A stretch of 64,000 nt of DNA. Origin: Monocercomonoides exilis PA203 (taxonomy: Eukaryota > Protista > Preaxostyla). The DNA lies in assembly GCA_001643675.2 (NCBI GenBank), contig LSRY02000048.1, positions 434,001 through 498,000 of the forward strand, written 5' to 3'. Position numbers and translations under genes: made by a program. The notes below the pieces were generated by a model. It worked only from the letters and a program-made list of their open reading frames with translations, was not told the origin of the DNA and did no database searches. This document shows, piece after piece, positions 63,771 through 64,000 of the stretch. Within the stretch, counting starts at the first letter, position 1. Each line of letters opens with the position of its first letter.

Positions 63771-63878
63771 TTTCTATTAACTTTTTCATGTCAAAAAGCA
63801 TAATAAAAATGTGTCCATTTTTTGACATTCGTGAAATATTGGAAAAGTATATGTTTTAATTTCTACGATGCCTGTTAA

Positions 63879-63998
63879 CAGATAAGAAAAACAAAGATTT
63901 TCTGAAATGTGATAAAATTTTAAAATGTTATGAGTGAAACATTTTTTTCATGCTTTGTGCATAAAAAGCTTGAAAGTTCGTATTTTCCACCATTTGAT
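63879..63998 (+). repeat. Dispersed ~120-bp non-coding repeat, copy B (may continue past the window end)
   Basis: Collinear with 34504-34622. Confidence 0.8.
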
Positions 63999-64000
63999 AA

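Overview
AT-rich, intron-containing eukaryotic DNA with the standard genetic code and short GT-AG introns (GTTTG/GTATG donors). Gene content resembles the oxymonad Monocercomonoides; this is pattern recognition, not a search result. A core-gene block at about 9-37 kb holds five genes: a condensin II subunit CAP-D3 (NCAPD3), a 3.6k-aa Ser/Glu-rich coiled-coil protein with weak CEP350-like motifs, a spliced two-TM membrane protein, a spliced G-patch protein, and a polyprotein of up to six ubiquitin-like domains (three ending in RGG) fused to a Cys-rich domain and a RING-H2. The flanks are accessory DNA. They contain six copies of one 3-exon helical-protein family (only one clearly intact; two share a 236-bp near-identical inverted patch), a 3250-aa intronless receptor-like pseudokinase, and degenerate relics. 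A 486-bp MITE with 25-bp TIRs and an 8-bp TSD (Merlin-like) and a ~120-bp dispersed non-coding repeat were read directly from the sequence. No tRNA, rRNA or CRISPR array was seen. Exon models were built by hand and need RNA-seq confirmation.
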